From: an uncultured Nitrospiraceae bacterium
GTDB lineage: Bacteria; Nitrospirota; Thermodesulfovibrionia; Thermodesulfovibrionales; UBA6898
DNA length: 64,000 nucleotides
Direction of reading: 5' to 3'
Assembly: GCA_963811165.1 (NCBI GenBank)
Contig: CAWEQH010000004.1
Coordinates: forward strand, 288,001 to 352,000
In this document: in pieces, positions 49,831 to 60,318 of the stretch
How the letters are laid out: each line of letters opens with the position of its first letter
How positions within the stretch are numbered: position 1 is the first letter of the stretch
The notes under the pieces: model-generated
Told to the model about the DNA's origin: nothing
Databases searched by the model: none
Seen by the model: only the letters and a program-made list of their open reading frames with translations
Made by a program: the position numbers and the translations under genes

Positions 49831-50763
49831 TTGCGGATCGTCTTTTTCGGAACCCCTGATTTTGCTGTCCCGTCTCTGAAAGCGCTTCTGGATGCCGGAC
49901 ACGAGGTTGTTGCGGCAGTCACCCAGCCTGACAGGGTAAAGGGGCGCGGCCACCATATGTCCCGGCCTCCGGTGAAAGAGCTTGCGTTACTGAACGGGAT
50001 CGAGGTTATGCAGCCCGCAGGTGTAAGGAGCGCTTCTTTTTTTGACGAGGTGTCCCTGCGTAAGCCCGAGGCGATCGCGGTCGTGGCATTTGGAAAGATC
50101 ATTCCGCCTTCGATCTTGGAGCTTCCGCCATTGGGCTGTATAAACGTCCACGCCTCGCTCCTGCCGGCATACCGGGGGGCCGCGCCGATTCAGTGGGCGA
50201 TCATAAACGGGGAGACAAGGACGGGCATCACCACGATGCGTATGGACGAGGGTCTCGATACAGGGGATATCCTCCTCCAAAATGAGACCGAGATATTTGA
50301 TGAGGACAATGCGATGACTCTAAGCAAGAAACTTTCTGAAATGGGCGCTTCTCTTCTGCCCAGGACCCTCGAAGGTCTGAAGGAAGGCTCTTTGGGGCCG
50401 AGACCTCAGGCCGGCGAGCCGAGTTTTGCACCGCCTCTTAAGAAGGACGACGGCAAAATAGACTGGTCTTTACCGGCCAAAAGGATATTCGATCTTATAC
50501 GGGGGACCTATCCGTGGCCCGGCGCTTACTGTTATCTTAAACAGCAACGGGTTGCGATCCTTAAGGCCGGGGTGCAGGACCATGAAAGGACAGGTCTGCC
50601 CGGGAGGATAGAGAATATCGGTCCGGAAGGCGTCGGGGTCTCGACAGGCAGGGGAGTTTTATCTATTATGGAAGTGAAGCCTGAAGGAAAGAATCCTATG
50701 CCTGCTGCATCATTTATGCACGGCCGGAGGGTGAAGGAGGGGGCTTTCTTCGATGTTAAATAG
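49831..50763 (+). CDS. fmt: Methionyl-tRNA formyltransferase
   Basis: FFGTPDFA, TQPD, NVHASLLP.YRGAAP; GGAGGT RBS with TTG start. Confidence 0.97.
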   Translation: MRIVFFGTPDFAVPSLKALLDAGHEVVAAVTQPDRVKGRGHHMSRPPVKELALLNGIEVMQPAGVRSASFFDEVSLRKPEAIAVVAFGKIIPPSILELPPLGCINVHASLLPAYRGAAPIQWAIINGETRTGITTMRMDEGLDTGDILLQNETEIFDEDNAMTLSKKLSEMGASLLPRTLEGLKEGSLGPRPQAGEPSFAPPLKKDDGKIDWSLPAKRIFDLIRGTYPWPGAYCYLKQQRVAILKAGVQDHERTGLPGRIENIGPEGVGVSTGRGVLSIMEVKPEGKNPMPAASFMHGRRVKEGAFFDVK

Positions 50764-51277
50764 GACGCTCAGGGGACTGGTACTTAAGGTGCTTTATCCC
50801 TTTCTTATGTTTCTGGGGGCATTTTTTAAAAAACGGAAAGAGGGTTTTCAGAGGTTCGTGATCTCCCTCAATAACAGGCTCATCCGCAGACAGAAGTTCA
50901 ACACAAAAAAGATACTCCTGCTGCTCCCCCACTGCCTGCAGGTAGACAAATGCACGATCAGGCTTACCCATAACATCTATAACTGCGAGCGGTGCGGAAG
51001 GTGCGAGATAAGGGACCTGATAGGCATTGCCGAAGAGAACGGCCTTGATCTTTTTGTGGCCACGGGCGGCACTATCGCCAGGAAGATAGTGCTTGAGGCG
51101 AGGCCCGAGGCGATCGTGGCGGTGGCGTGCGAACGGGACCTTTCAAGCGGGCTTGTGGATACGTTTCCCCTTCCTGTTATGGGCATCTCCAACGAGCGGC
51201 CCTTCGGCCCATGCTTCAATACGCGCGTCGACCTCGAGAAGGTCAAAGAGGCGATCAGGTTCTTTAGCGGCAACTGA
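50753..51277 (+). CDS. DUF116 family Cys-rich protein
   Basis: LPHCLQ, C..CG.C, TGG, VACERDL. Confidence 0.88.
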   Translation: MLNRTLRGLVLKVLYPFLMFLGAFFKKRKEGFQRFVISLNNRLIRRQKFNTKKILLLLPHCLQVDKCTIRLTHNIYNCERCGRCEIRDLIGIAEENGLDLFVATGGTIARKIVLEARPEAIVAVACERDLSSGLVDTFPLPVMGISNERPFGPCFNTRVDLEKVKEAIRFFSGN

Positions 51278-51287
51278 GCCGGCCCCA

Positions 51288-51515
51288 TCATTTCCTGATC
51301 GAATCTATCTTATCGAAGCAATTTTTTAACAAAATAAGCATGTCGCTTAATTGTCTCTGAATGGTATCCATCCTTTCGATTGCCTTAATCAGAAGTTCGT
51401 GCAGTTCATCCTCCGTAACAGACGTATCCACGAGCTCGAGCGTCCCCTTTACGGCCAATATATTCTCGTTAAGCTGATCTGATATCCGGTCGAGTTCATT
51501 ATTTCTTTCCGACAT
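51288..51515 (-). CDS. Small helical protein resembling an isolated HisKA (DHp) hairpin without His
   Basis: ISDQLNENILAVKGTLELV; AGGAG RBS. Confidence 0.6.
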   Translation of the reverse strand: MSERNNELDRISDQLNENILAVKGTLELVDTSVTEDELHELLIKAIERMDTIQRQLSDMLILLKNCFDKIDSIRK

Positions 51516-51591
51516 AGTTTTCTCCTGTTTTATAGAGTGGTGATTACCATATTTCAGCTAAGCACATTATATCGGTTTCGAGAAGTAATAA

Positions 51592-51975
51592 CTACATCCG
51601 ATTCAATACTCGTTTTTGGATACCCGGCATGAAAGAGATAAAGGAGTACAAGCCGGTATCCACAGCGCCCTTTTTTGTAAATTTTGCAGTGTATATCTGG
51701 ACAGCGCACACGAGGAAGATCGCCGCTCCAAGGACAAACATAACTGAACCCATGACCCTGACGAACTGAAGGAACCAGTCCTGCGGCAGCACCATGTGGG
51801 GCAGATAAAAAGCGCTTAGCCATCTCGTGGCCGGATATTTTGCAGTTTCGAGCAGGACAGGATTGAAGACGGAATAGAAGAATCCGGCAAAGGGGCTTAT
51901 CATTATCAGGACTTCGAACGCAATGATAAAATAGAGTACGATCGCGCTGTTAAAGACCGCCCTGGCCTTATTCAT
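51592..51975 (-). pseudogene. 3'-truncated ICMT/PEMT-family membrane methyltransferase
   Basis: TM helices end in TGLYSFI; the expected RHPxY and remainder are absent after ~51636. Confidence 0.6.
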
Positions 51976-52678
51976 CGACAGACTCCGGCATAGCATCCTG
52001 TTCAAGGCAGCCGTCTTTCAGGTGGTACACGTGGTCGAAACCCGCGATCATCCGTTCGTCGTGGGTCACCACGATTACCGCCGACTGATTTTCCTTGGCG
52101 ATCTTCTTTAACATGTCCATCACCCTCGCTCCTCTTCCAGTGTCCAATGCGGCGGTGGGTTCGTCGGCCAAAATCAGCCTGGCATTATTGGCCAGGGCGC
52201 GCGCGATGGACACACGCTGCTGCTCGCCCCCGGAAAGAAGGGCCGGCAGGTAATCGGCACGGTCCGCGATTTCCATGTATTCCAAAAGCTCTTTCACCCG
52301 GGTTTCAGCTTCTTTTCCCTTGATGCCTATGAGATTCAAAGGAAGAAGCACATTCTGCCTGGCAGTGAGAAAAGGGATTAAATTGTGAGACTGAAAAATA
52401 AAACCTACTTTTTCCCGGCGCAGGCGGCGCATATCAACTCCCCCCTTCCAGCCGTCTTTTTGAAATATAGTTTGACCGTCAAAGACGACCTTGCCTGCCG
52501 TGGGCTCAAGGATCAGGCTGATACATAAAAGCAGTGTGGTCTTGCCGGAACCGCTCGGGCCAAGCAGCGCCACCAGCTCGCCCTTTGAGACCGACAGGTT
52601 TATATCCTGCAGGGCACGGACCTCCAGACGCCCGGAGCCGAAAACCTTAGTCAGGCCCTCAATTCGGAGGATTTCCAT
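51968..52678 (-). CDS. ABC ATPase (LolD/MacB/DevA-like)
   Basis: [26 protein letters not shown]. Confidence 0.95.
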   Translation of the reverse strand: MEILRIEGLTKVFGSGRLEVRALQDINLSVSKGELVALLGPSGSGKTTLLLCISLILEPTAGKVVFDGQTIFQKDGWKGGVDMRRLRREKVGFIFQSHNLIPFLTARQNVLLPLNLIGIKGKEAETRVKELLEYMEIADRADYLPALLSGGEQQRVSIARALANNARLILADEPTAALDTGRGARVMDMLKKIAKENQSAVIVVTHDERMIAGFDHVYHLKDGCLEQDAMPESVDE

Positions 52679-53874
52679 TATCCCCCCAGGGCCATGGCAG
52701 GCTGGGTTTTCAACGCCTGCCAGAGTCCTAAAATACTGGCGAGGATGCCGCCCGCAAAGGCTATGATAAAAGTAAACAGGGTATCACCGGAAACTAACAT
52801 GATGGTCCTGGGAAACAGATGATACGTGTTCTGGATTAGAACCAGCCCAAACAGGAAGGCGCCAATGGTCAGAAGCAATGACTGTTCCATGACCATTCTG
52901 ATGATTACCCGGTCGGGAGCCCCGATTAGTTTCAGGACTGCGATGCTCCGGATTTTTTCCATGGTAAAGGTATAGACCACAAGCGAGACTATGACTACAG
53001 AGATAATCAGCAAAAGCGTTCTGAAGAGAAGAAGCTGCTTGGCCATGCTGGCCAACCGTCCTTTCAGCATCAGTTCGCCTTCATCCGGCGTGCTGAAAGC
53101 GGAGAGATATAACCACTTGTCTATCAAACGGGCCACCTCTGCCCGATCCGCTCCGGGCTTCAGCCGCACAAGTATGGCATTGGTGATATGGGTGTCGGAC
53201 TGCAGCGGAGCGAGCAATTTTTCAGCCTGGTCCGGGGATAAAAAGCTCTGTCCGGAAAGGGTCTGGAGCAATCTTTCTCGCTGATTGCGTATTTCTTCGT
53301 TATCTCTTTGATACAGCACCTCCTGAGCATCGGGGAGAGAGAGATACACCAATGCCTCCCCATCGGTCGAAATGGCCTCTTTTGTCAAACCCACCACAGT
53401 ATAGGTATGTAGGCCCAAGGGAACCCTGTCCCCTATGTGCACCCCCAATTTCGGGTGGGCGACCATTTCATAATGGGCATGCTCAATATTTCTGCCCGCA
53501 TAAATCTTTTGCGGTCCCCCCAGCCCCCCAAAGACATCGTAGCCGATGATGCTGAAATGCCGACTTTTACCCTCTATCGGTCTTTCAACGGTATAGTAGA
53601 TAAAAGGGCTCGCCTTTTCCACACCGGGGATAGCCTTGATACTGTAATGATAAAATTCTGGAACGGTAGACTGTTCGTTGAAGGGGCCGCCCCGGTATCT
53701 TTCTACAACCCAGAGATCGGGATTGGTAGCGTTGATGAGAGCGAGGCCCTCGTAGATGTTGCCGCGATATAGGCCGTTCATGGCCAGGACTATGGTAAAC
53801 AGCAGACCCACGCCGAAAACTGTGGCGATGAACCGGCCTCTATGTTGCTTCAGGTCATAGAATGCTAAGTGCAT
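52678..53874 (-). CDS. ABC permease (MacB/FtsX/DevC-like)
   Basis: 1 TM, periplasmic domain, 3 TM; LKLIGA. Confidence 0.92.
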   Translation of the reverse strand: MHLAFYDLKQHRGRFIATVFGVGLLFTIVLAMNGLYRGNIYEGLALINATNPDLWVVERYRGGPFNEQSTVPEFYHYSIKAIPGVEKASPFIYYTVERPIEGKSRHFSIIGYDVFGGLGGPQKIYAGRNIEHAHYEMVAHPKLGVHIGDRVPLGLHTYTVVGLTKEAISTDGEALVYLSLPDAQEVLYQRDNEEIRNQRERLLQTLSGQSFLSPDQAEKLLAPLQSDTHITNAILVRLKPGADRAEVARLIDKWLYLSAFSTPDEGELMLKGRLASMAKQLLLFRTLLLIISVVIVSLVVYTFTMEKIRSIAVLKLIGAPDRVIIRMVMEQSLLLTIGAFLFGLVLIQNTYHLFPRTIMLVSGDTLFTFIIAFAGGILASILGLWQALKTQPAMALGG

Positions 53875-53950
53875 CGATCCTCCGCGCTGGCGATGGCTGT
53901 CCCTTCATGGAAAATCCGGGCTGGAAGTTGACCTGACTGACTCATCAACC

Positions 53951-55105
53951 TCATGGGTTCTTCTTCATATCAGATTTTATTTCGGGCCGCACTTTTTTGC
54001 CCTGTTCAATCCCTGCAGGGTTAAGTATTACCATGTCACCTTCCTTGAGGCCTTCGAGGACCGTAGCTCGCTGTCCGTCCCGTAACCCTAATGAAATGGG
54101 TCGGAAACTTGCCAGGCCGTTGGACACCACCATGACTCCTTTGGAGCCGTTTCTTTCCGTGATGGCGGATAAAGGAACCGCCGGAGCTGTCTGGCGGCCG
54201 GTATCAATATCGACCTCGGTCTCTTCTCCGATCACCAGGGGATTCGGCAGTGCATCAAATTTCACATCCACCTCCAGTTCCCGGGTCACGGTATCCGCCT
54301 CTTTGTTGAGCCGGGCGACTTCACCCTGGAAAACCCGCCCGGAGCGCAATGTGATCGAGGCCTTTTGTCCCTCCCGGAGCTGCGCTATTTTTGTTTCATC
54401 AATCCATGAAGCCGCCCAGATTTGGTAATCGACCATTTGAAAGATGGCTGTTCCGGGAGACACCGTATTTCCTGCTTCCGCTTTGCGTACAGTAATAACG
54501 CCGTCCATGGGGGCCAGGATTCGCGTGTAGCCAAAGAGCGCTTCCGCCGCTTTGGTTTCAGATCCCGCCTGATTGACGGCCGACTGCAGGGCCTTTGCCG
54601 TCGCTTCATTGGCGGCAACGTCGCTCTCGGCCACACGAAGAGCGGCTTTAGTCGTGTCAAAGGCCGCAGGTGAGATATAGCCCGGTTTGAAAACCTCCAA
54701 GTCCCTCTGATAGTTGCTTTGGGCCAGTGCAAGGTTCGCTTGAGACTTTATCAAGTCTGCCCGAGCCCTCGCCAGATCACGTTCCGCGCGACTTCCGGCC
54801 GCATGTGCCGCGGCAGCCCGGGCCCTTAATTCAACGGAGTCCAACTCGGCAAGTAGTTGGCCTATTTTCACTTTGTCTCCCTGATCGGCATGGAGCTTTT
54901 CCAAAATGCCGGTAATCTTGGCGCTCACAGTAACGGGTACTCTGGATTGCACTGTGCCCGGCCCGTGGACTTTGCCCTGGATCTCCGCCTTTTTAACTAC
55001 TATCACAGCCGTCGGCGGAAGATACCAGAAAATTTTATATACTGCAAATGTCAGGATAAGCAGGGCTATAATAATGCCCGTAATTTTTTTCTTGCCTGAT
55101 TTCAC
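53951..55105 (-). CDS. Membrane fusion protein / periplasmic adaptor
   Basis: Lipoyl halves, coiled hairpin, I.AP.DG. Confidence 0.93.
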   Translation of the reverse strand: MKSGKKKITGIIIALLILTFAVYKIFWYLPPTAVIVVKKAEIQGKVHGPGTVQSRVPVTVSAKITGILEKLHADQGDKVKIGQLLAELDSVELRARAAAAHAAGSRAERDLARARADLIKSQANLALAQSNYQRDLEVFKPGYISPAAFDTTKAALRVAESDVAANEATAKALQSAVNQAGSETKAAEALFGYTRILAPMDGVITVRKAEAGNTVSPGTAIFQMVDYQIWAASWIDETKIAQLREGQKASITLRSGRVFQGEVARLNKEADTVTRELEVDVKFDALPNPLVIGEETEVDIDTGRQTAPAVPLSAITERNGSKGVMVVSNGLASFRPISLGLRDGQRATVLEGLKEGDMVILNPAGIEQGKKVRPEIKSDMKKNP

Positions 55106-56460
55106 TTCGTCTGACCCCCTTTATCATTTTGAGAGAACTCGAAATCCTGCGACCCGAGGATTTGACGGACCCGCGCCTTTGCCGTTTCATGATTTACCTC
55201 ATACCTGATAAGGCTAAACCGGGAACTGGTCAGGTCCACTTGGGCCTGGAGCACATCCAGGCCTATGGCCTTGCCGTTACGATAGAGGGCCTGGGCGCTG
55301 GCGTATGCCTCTTCATTTGTGGCTACGGTCTGGCGGGCAGTGATCACTCCCTGACGGGCGTTTTCCTGGTCCTGCCAGGCGGTAGTAAGGTCTATCTTCA
55401 GTCTGTTAAGACGGTCTCTCTTTCTCTCCAGCGCTTGAAGATATCTGGAAGACGCCGCCGCAACCTGTGCCCTGGTCAATCCGCCCTCAAAAAACGGAAA
55501 CTCTATGAATATGCCGGCCAACCATTCACCCCTGGTCCCTCCCGTATCCTGATGGCGCGTTCCCATACTGCCCTGAAGGCTCACCTCGGGGAAATAGGCC
55601 CCACGGGCTGTCTTGATCTGTGTCTGGCCTTGCTCTATTTCCAAATTGAGTCTTTTGATTTCGGGATTGGTTTTGAGCGTCTCCAGCCACAATGAGTTCA
55701 TGTCAGATGCAGGGGCAAATTCCTCCGGAAGTCGGCCCCGGATATCCAGTGGCGACTCCTCTTTCAACCCTATCGATCTGGCCAGAATTTCCCTGGCCAG
55801 AACCACGGCGTTTTCCGCTTCCACCTTGGCCTGCTCCGCTTCCGAAACCTGGGATTTGGCCCTGAGAGAATCGAGTTGCGTAACCTTGCCGGCTTTAAAA
55901 AAAACCTCGGTGAGAGTCGCAAAATCCAGCCGTTGCTTCAGGGCTTCCCCGGCCACTTTCAGATTCTCCTTAGCCTCTATCAGGCGATAGAATGCCTGGG
56001 TCACGGTAAATGCCACTTCATCAGAGGTCCTCCTGACTTCCTGCCTCTGGGCCTCGGAGCCGATTTCGGCCGCTTTCACATTACTACGGGTTATTCCCCC
56101 GTTAAAAAGTATCTGTTTGCCGGATATGCCGGCAAACGACTCGTCCTTGTTGAAATCCATTGCCGGCGGCGCGGTAGAGCCTCCCGGAGGCAGCCGGTTG
56201 GGCTCTAATCTTTGATAATAGGACAAGAGTACCAGCCGGGGATAAAAACCGGATCTCGCCGCCTGATAATCAGCCACCAGCTCCCGAATCCTCTCATTCG
56301 CCCCGCTCAGGGCCGGGTTATATTTCCGGGCCAGGGCCAGGCAATCTTCGATGCTCAGTGACTGATAATCGCTTCCTTGTGTTGTTTCAGCTTGAGCTCT
56401 GATATTGAAGATGAAAATTGATAAAAATACGAAACACAGGAGAATGGCATTAGGAAGCAT
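55102..56460 (-). CDS. TolC-family outer membrane channel
   Basis: Two OEP repeats (NP.L..A, YP.L.L, P.F.GG); start uncertain (ORF is open from 56547). Confidence 0.92.
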   Translation of the reverse strand: MLPNAILLCFVFLSIFIFNIRAQAETTQGSDYQSLSIEDCLALARKYNPALSGANERIRELVADYQAARSGFYPRLVLLSYYQRLEPNRLPPGGSTAPPAMDFNKDESFAGISGKQILFNGGITRSNVKAAEIGSEAQRQEVRRTSDEVAFTVTQAFYRLIEAKENLKVAGEALKQRLDFATLTEVFFKAGKVTQLDSLRAKSQVSEAEQAKVEAENAVVLAREILARSIGLKEESPLDIRGRLPEEFAPASDMNSLWLETLKTNPEIKRLNLEIEQGQTQIKTARGAYFPEVSLQGSMGTRHQDTGGTRGEWLAGIFIEFPFFEGGLTRAQVAAASSRYLQALERKRDRLNRLKIDLTTAWQDQENARQGVITARQTVATNEEAYASAQALYRNGKAIGLDVLQAQVDLTSSRFSLIRYEVNHETAKARVRQILGSQDFEFSQNDKGGQTK

Positions 56461-56522
56461 TTTGAACTCATTGCGTTTGAATGTAAATTGTTGAGGATTA
56501 GGTAGCGACGTTGCAGAGCTGG

Positions 56523-57008
56523 TTAATTGTGTTCTGTTGGCGGGCATCCCATCTGCCTCCCCTCTGTCATGGCGTTGTCTATCAAATCGAGAAACTTATT
56601 TTGTTGCTCTTTATCCAGTCCGGCCTTCATGTCGAGCATATGCATGGCTATCATCCGCTGCATCTCTTCCTGCATGCCGCTTATTTTGGATACGACCGCG
56701 GCAACGGCATTTCTGTCAGGGTTGTCCTGACGCATCATCGTAATAAGTTCTTTTCTCCTTGAGGCGACTGCTTGTCTTTTTTCGTCGATGATCGCCCGGA
56801 ATTTGGTTGCAGTCTCCCTCATAGTCTTCATCTGGTCCGGCCGCAGAGAAAGCTCCTCAAATAAAAAATGCCCCTTCTTCATCTTGTATCCGAAAGGCGA
56901 GGTCCAGTGCGTTGACTTCTTGTAATATTGATATCCTGCAGCTCCCAGGAAGGAAATATTCAATATCAAGGAGATAAGAAGGAGAAATTTTAGCGTGCTA
57001 TTTTTCAT
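56523..57008 (-). CDS. ZraP/CpxP/Spy-like periplasmic heavy-metal sensor
   Basis: LLLISL.LN anchor, L.L.PDQ and L..EQ motifs, Met-rich helices. Confidence 0.8.
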   Translation of the reverse strand: MKNSTLKFLLLISLILNISFLGAAGYQYYKKSTHWTSPFGYKMKKGHFLFEELSLRPDQMKTMRETATKFRAIIDEKRQAVASRRKELITMMRQDNPDRNAVAAVVSKISGMQEEMQRMIAMHMLDMKAGLDKEQQNKFLDLIDNAMTEGRQMGCPPTEHN

Positions 57009-57450
57009 CCCTCACCTCCGTCATCGCAAGATAGGCCCCGCCTAAAGAATCCGGCGGCGCCGAGTCAAAGACATCGAGCGAAAGCGAGGCCATTACCTGT
57101 CTCGCTTTATCCGGCATGTAATCCTTTATCAGAAGGCTGCCGGACAAAACACCCAAAGCGATGACCACAATAACTACGACTGCCTCCGCAAGTCTGGCAA
57201 AAACGGGAATCCTTGAGCTTCTCCTTATTTCCCCTGAACTTATATTCGCCATGACCCTTGCATGAAAGCCATAGGGCGCTTTGAATTTATCCGTATTTGC
57301 AAACAAATTATGGAGCTCCTTGCCTTCCTCGAATTCCTTCCGGCACTTGTGACAGACCTTGATATGGTCTTCAAGTAGTTTCCTATTCTGTTCTATCAGT
57401 TCGCCGTCAATATAGGGAGATATGAGCTTATGCGCTTTTGAGCACTTCAT
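56998..57450 (-). CDS. Zinc-finger (zf-HC2) anti-sigma factor
   Basis: C......YIDGEL...HIKVCHKC, one TM. Confidence 0.9.
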   Translation of the reverse strand: MKCSKAHKLISPYIDGELIEQNRKLLEDHIKVCHKCRKEFEEGKELHNLFANTDKFKAPYGFHARVMANISSGEIRRSSRIPVFARLAEAVVVIVVIALGVLSGSLLIKDYMPDKARQVMASLSLDVFDSAPPDSLGGAYLAMTEVRDEK

Positions 57451-57472
57451 CTTTGCCTCCTCTTACTCATTA

Positions 57473-57499
57473 AACGATTGAGGTTCAGTTTTGTTCCGT
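57473..57499 (-). promoter_or_regulatory. Candidate ECF promoter GGAAC-N16-CGTT, copy 2, across the sigma stop codon
   Basis: ACGGAACAAAACTGAACCTCAATCGTT. Confidence 0.65.
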
Positions 57500-58057
57500 A
57501 AATTTTTTCAAACGATGTTTTAATTCTTCTCTTGCCCTTGAAATCCTTGATTTTACCGTGCCTATGGAGACTTCAAGGATGTCCGCAATTTCATCGTAGG
57601 AAAGACCTTCTATCTCCTTCAACACGATTGCCGTCCTGAGCTTTGGGGGAAGTTTCCTTATGCTATTATGGAGGGCCAAGCCAACCTGCTTCGATTCGTA
57701 GAGTTTTTCCGGTGAAGGCCAATCTGAAGCCGGTTCTTCAACAAACTCCTCTCCCTCGTCAGTCTTCGTGAAAAACGATTCGAAAAATGGCTTCTTCTTG
57801 TAATCAAGGCAGGTGTTTACCGCAATGCGATAGAGCCAGGTATAGAGCGAAGCCTCCGGCTTGAAATCCTTCAGCTTCTGATATGCCTTAAGGAAAGTGT
57901 CCTGCGCCGCGTCTTCGGCGTCAGAGGTGTTACCGAGCATGTAACGGCAGAGGTTATATATCCTGTCCTGGTATTTCAGGACGAGTTCTTCGAATGCCGC
58001 CTTCTCATCATTCTTGAATCTGTCTACAAGCGATGATTCGTCAGACTTGTTGCCCAT
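57485..58057 (-). CDS. ECF sigma factor (RpoE/SigW-like)
   Basis: DAED.AQDTF, TWLYRIAVN, SY.EIA..L....GTVKSRISRAR. Confidence 0.95.
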   Translation of the reverse strand: MGNKSDESSLVDRFKNDEKAAFEELVLKYQDRIYNLCRYMLGNTSDAEDAAQDTFLKAYQKLKDFKPEASLYTWLYRIAVNTCLDYKKKPFFESFFTKTDEGEEFVEEPASDWPSPEKLYESKQVGLALHNSIRKLPPKLRTAIVLKEIEGLSYDEIADILEVSIGTVKSRISRAREELKHRLKKFTEQN

Positions 58058-58069
58058 TGTAACTATAAT

Positions 58070-58096
58070 AACGATTGGGACTGAGTTTTGCTCCGT
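58070..58096 (-). promoter_or_regulatory. Candidate ECF autoregulatory promoter GGAGC-N16-CGTT, copy 1
   Basis: ACGGAGCAAAACTCAGTCCCAATCGTT; 22 of 27 bases identical to copy 2. Confidence 0.6.
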
Positions 58097-58158
58097 GATT
58101 ATTTCTGTTTATGGGAAAAAGCTGAAGCTCAAGGCCAGACCGGATCACGGCATAAGCT

Positions 58159-59320
58159 TCATAACGAAAACGCAGAAATGACTGCTCCTATGAGCACAAC
58201 GTAGAGGATATCGACCTTTTTCAGGAGCGCTGCGAATGCCGTAACTGCTAATACTGCCCGGACAATATCCCATGGCACAGCCAATCCGAACTTCACGGTT
58301 ACAAAGAAAAGAAGGCCGACGAAAGATGCGAGGATTCCTTTTGTCGCTCTCATGAAATAAACAGATGTCCTCAATCTGTCCATCACCGGGGTTATAGCGA
58401 TCACCATCAAGAAAGAAGGGGTAAATATCGCGACGGTTGCGACAAATGCACCGGCTAATCCATAGAGTCAGATATCCTACAAAGGTTGAGGTGATAACAA
58501 TGGGGCCGGGTGTCACCTGTCCGAGGGCTATGCCGTCCATGAATGTCTTGCTGTCCATCCACCCTCTTACGTTTACAATCTCATGAAGCATCAGCGGCAA
58601 GGACGCAAAACCGCCCCCGAAGGCAAATAAATCGATCTTCATCATCAACACAGCGAGATTCAGGAGTGTTGCGTCTATGAGATAGAGAATGAGAAGCCCT
58701 AAAAGCAGGATGAAGAGAAACGTTGAAAGCTGTTTGACCCCGCGCTTGTTTGTTCCCGTTTCAACAGCTGATGCCCTAACAATGCCCCTGCCGTTTAGAA
58801 ATAAAATGCCGGCGAAGGCAGCGCCCAAAATTACAATGAAGGGGCTTATCCCGATCCAAAAAAAAACAGAGGCAGCTATGGCAAGAATGATATCTCTGAA
58901 ATTCTTAAGCGTACTTTTACCGAAGGAGTAAGTCGCATTTGCAACAATAGCTACAACCACAACCTGCAAGCCGTTAAACAGTGAGATGATCCCGGGAGCT
59001 TCATGATACCTCGCGTAGAGCGATGATAGTATCAGCATCAAAATAAATGCTGGCAGTCCAAAGCCGACAAATGATGCCAGTGCTCCTGCGATACCCCTTG
59101 CCCTAAGACCTACAAATGCAGCGGTCTGCATCGCGGTGGCTCCCGGTATCGTTTGACAGAGTGCGACCCCATCTTTAAATTTTTCTTCGTCAAGCCACTT
59201 GTAGCGCGTTACAGCCATTTCTTTTATGTATGCGACCATTGCAGGCCCGCCAAAGGCCGTAAGACCAAGCTTAAGAAAGGACAAAAAAAGTCTTAGAGTG
59301 GAAGGCTTACGTTCTACCAA
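58159..59320 (-). pseudogene. chrA: Chromate transporter ChrA, frameshifted at ~58468
   Basis: AFGG...Q.IPG and FGGG...GQVTPGP halves; removing one base restores GYLLYGLAGAFVATVAIFTPSFL. Confidence 0.85.
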
Positions 59321-59448
59321 TCGCCTCGTTATTCATCTAAAGTTATAACTTAGGCCTATCTTATTTCGGATGTGAGAAACCTGTCAAGTTTTTGTCCGGC
59401 AGAATTTAAAATCAATCCATAATTACAAGGCAAGCTGTTAATGTTCGC

Positions 59449-59492
59449 TTGACAAACAAAGCCGTAAGGGTCTATTATGTGCATATGCACAT
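59449..59492 (+). promoter_or_regulatory. Sigma70 promoter TTGACA-18-TATTAT overlapped by a perfect 16-bp palindrome
   Basis: ATGTGCATATGCACAT at 59477-59492. Confidence 0.75.
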
Positions 59493-59510
59493 TTTAGCGT
59501 TAAAGAATTT

Positions 59511-59810
59511 ATGTCTCCGCGAGCTAAAAAGCAAAGAAATTGCGGATGCAGATTTATGGGAAAGGCCTTCAAGCCCATGGGGATCCCGGTGACCGAAATC
59601 GAAAAGATCCCCCTCTACGCGGATGAACTCAAGGCATTAAAACCAAGCGCCGCTGACGGACTTAAGCTGGATGAAGCAGGGGAGTAAATGGACATATTGC
59701 GGCGAAATATGAAGGATGGCAAGTGAGAGAAAGAAAACGGCCGCAACGCTCTTGGAGTGCAAGGCGCCCGTTTGTGAAAAAAACCATATGCAAATAGGAG
59801 GAAGAAAATG
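59511..59810 (+). pseudogene. Decayed DUF134/UPF0251 HTH protein
   Basis: MSPRAKKQRNC...FKPMGIP..E...L..DEL.AL....DGL...EAGE, stop at 59685-59687, then remnant RKKTAATLLECKA. Confidence 0.7.
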
Positions 59811-60182
59811 AAATTATGTTTTCCGGTCAAAGAGATAGCGGATCTCCAGAGTGAGGTGTATGGACACTTCGGTTCTGCTCCGGCGTTTGTTATTTTCGAT
59901 TCCGACACAAAGACAATTGCAGCAATAAATAATTCCGACCAGCATCATGAACACGGCATGTGCAACCCTGTGAGCGCGCTTGCGGGTCATCGGGTCGATG
60001 TCGTTGTGGTGGGCGGAATCGGTGGCGGGGCACTCATGAAACTGAATCGGGATGGTATTGCTGTGTATCAGGCAATCGGGAAAACGGTGCAGGAAAACAT
60101 CGAACTCTTCAGTTCGAAGAGGCTGCCCCAGTTTCAGCCCGGCCATGTCTGCGCAGGAGATGCCGGCGGGTGTTCTCATTAA
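59808..60182 (+). CDS. NifB/NifX-family (FeMo-co-binding-like) protein
   Basis: HFGSAP.F, GGIG.GA, His/Cys-rich HHEHGMC and tail. Confidence 0.88.
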   Translation: MKLCFPVKEIADLQSEVYGHFGSAPAFVIFDSDTKTIAAINNSDQHHEHGMCNPVSALAGHRVDVVVVGGIGGGALMKLNRDGIAVYQAIGKTVQENIELFSSKRLPQFQPGHVCAGDAGGCSH

Positions 60183-60318
60183 CGAAGAATTGCACGACGA
60201 CAACGGATAACGCGGGAAGATGTGGGTAAATATCCGAGAAGGCTGCCGGGATAGAGAAAAAGCAGAGAGACGCCGTCAAGAGAGTGAGACCATCAATACA
60301 TAACAGGAGATGCACATT

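Noticed and set aside
59808..60182. Nitrogen fixation gene
   Set aside because: NifB/NifX-like domain only; no nifHDK or radical SAM NifB
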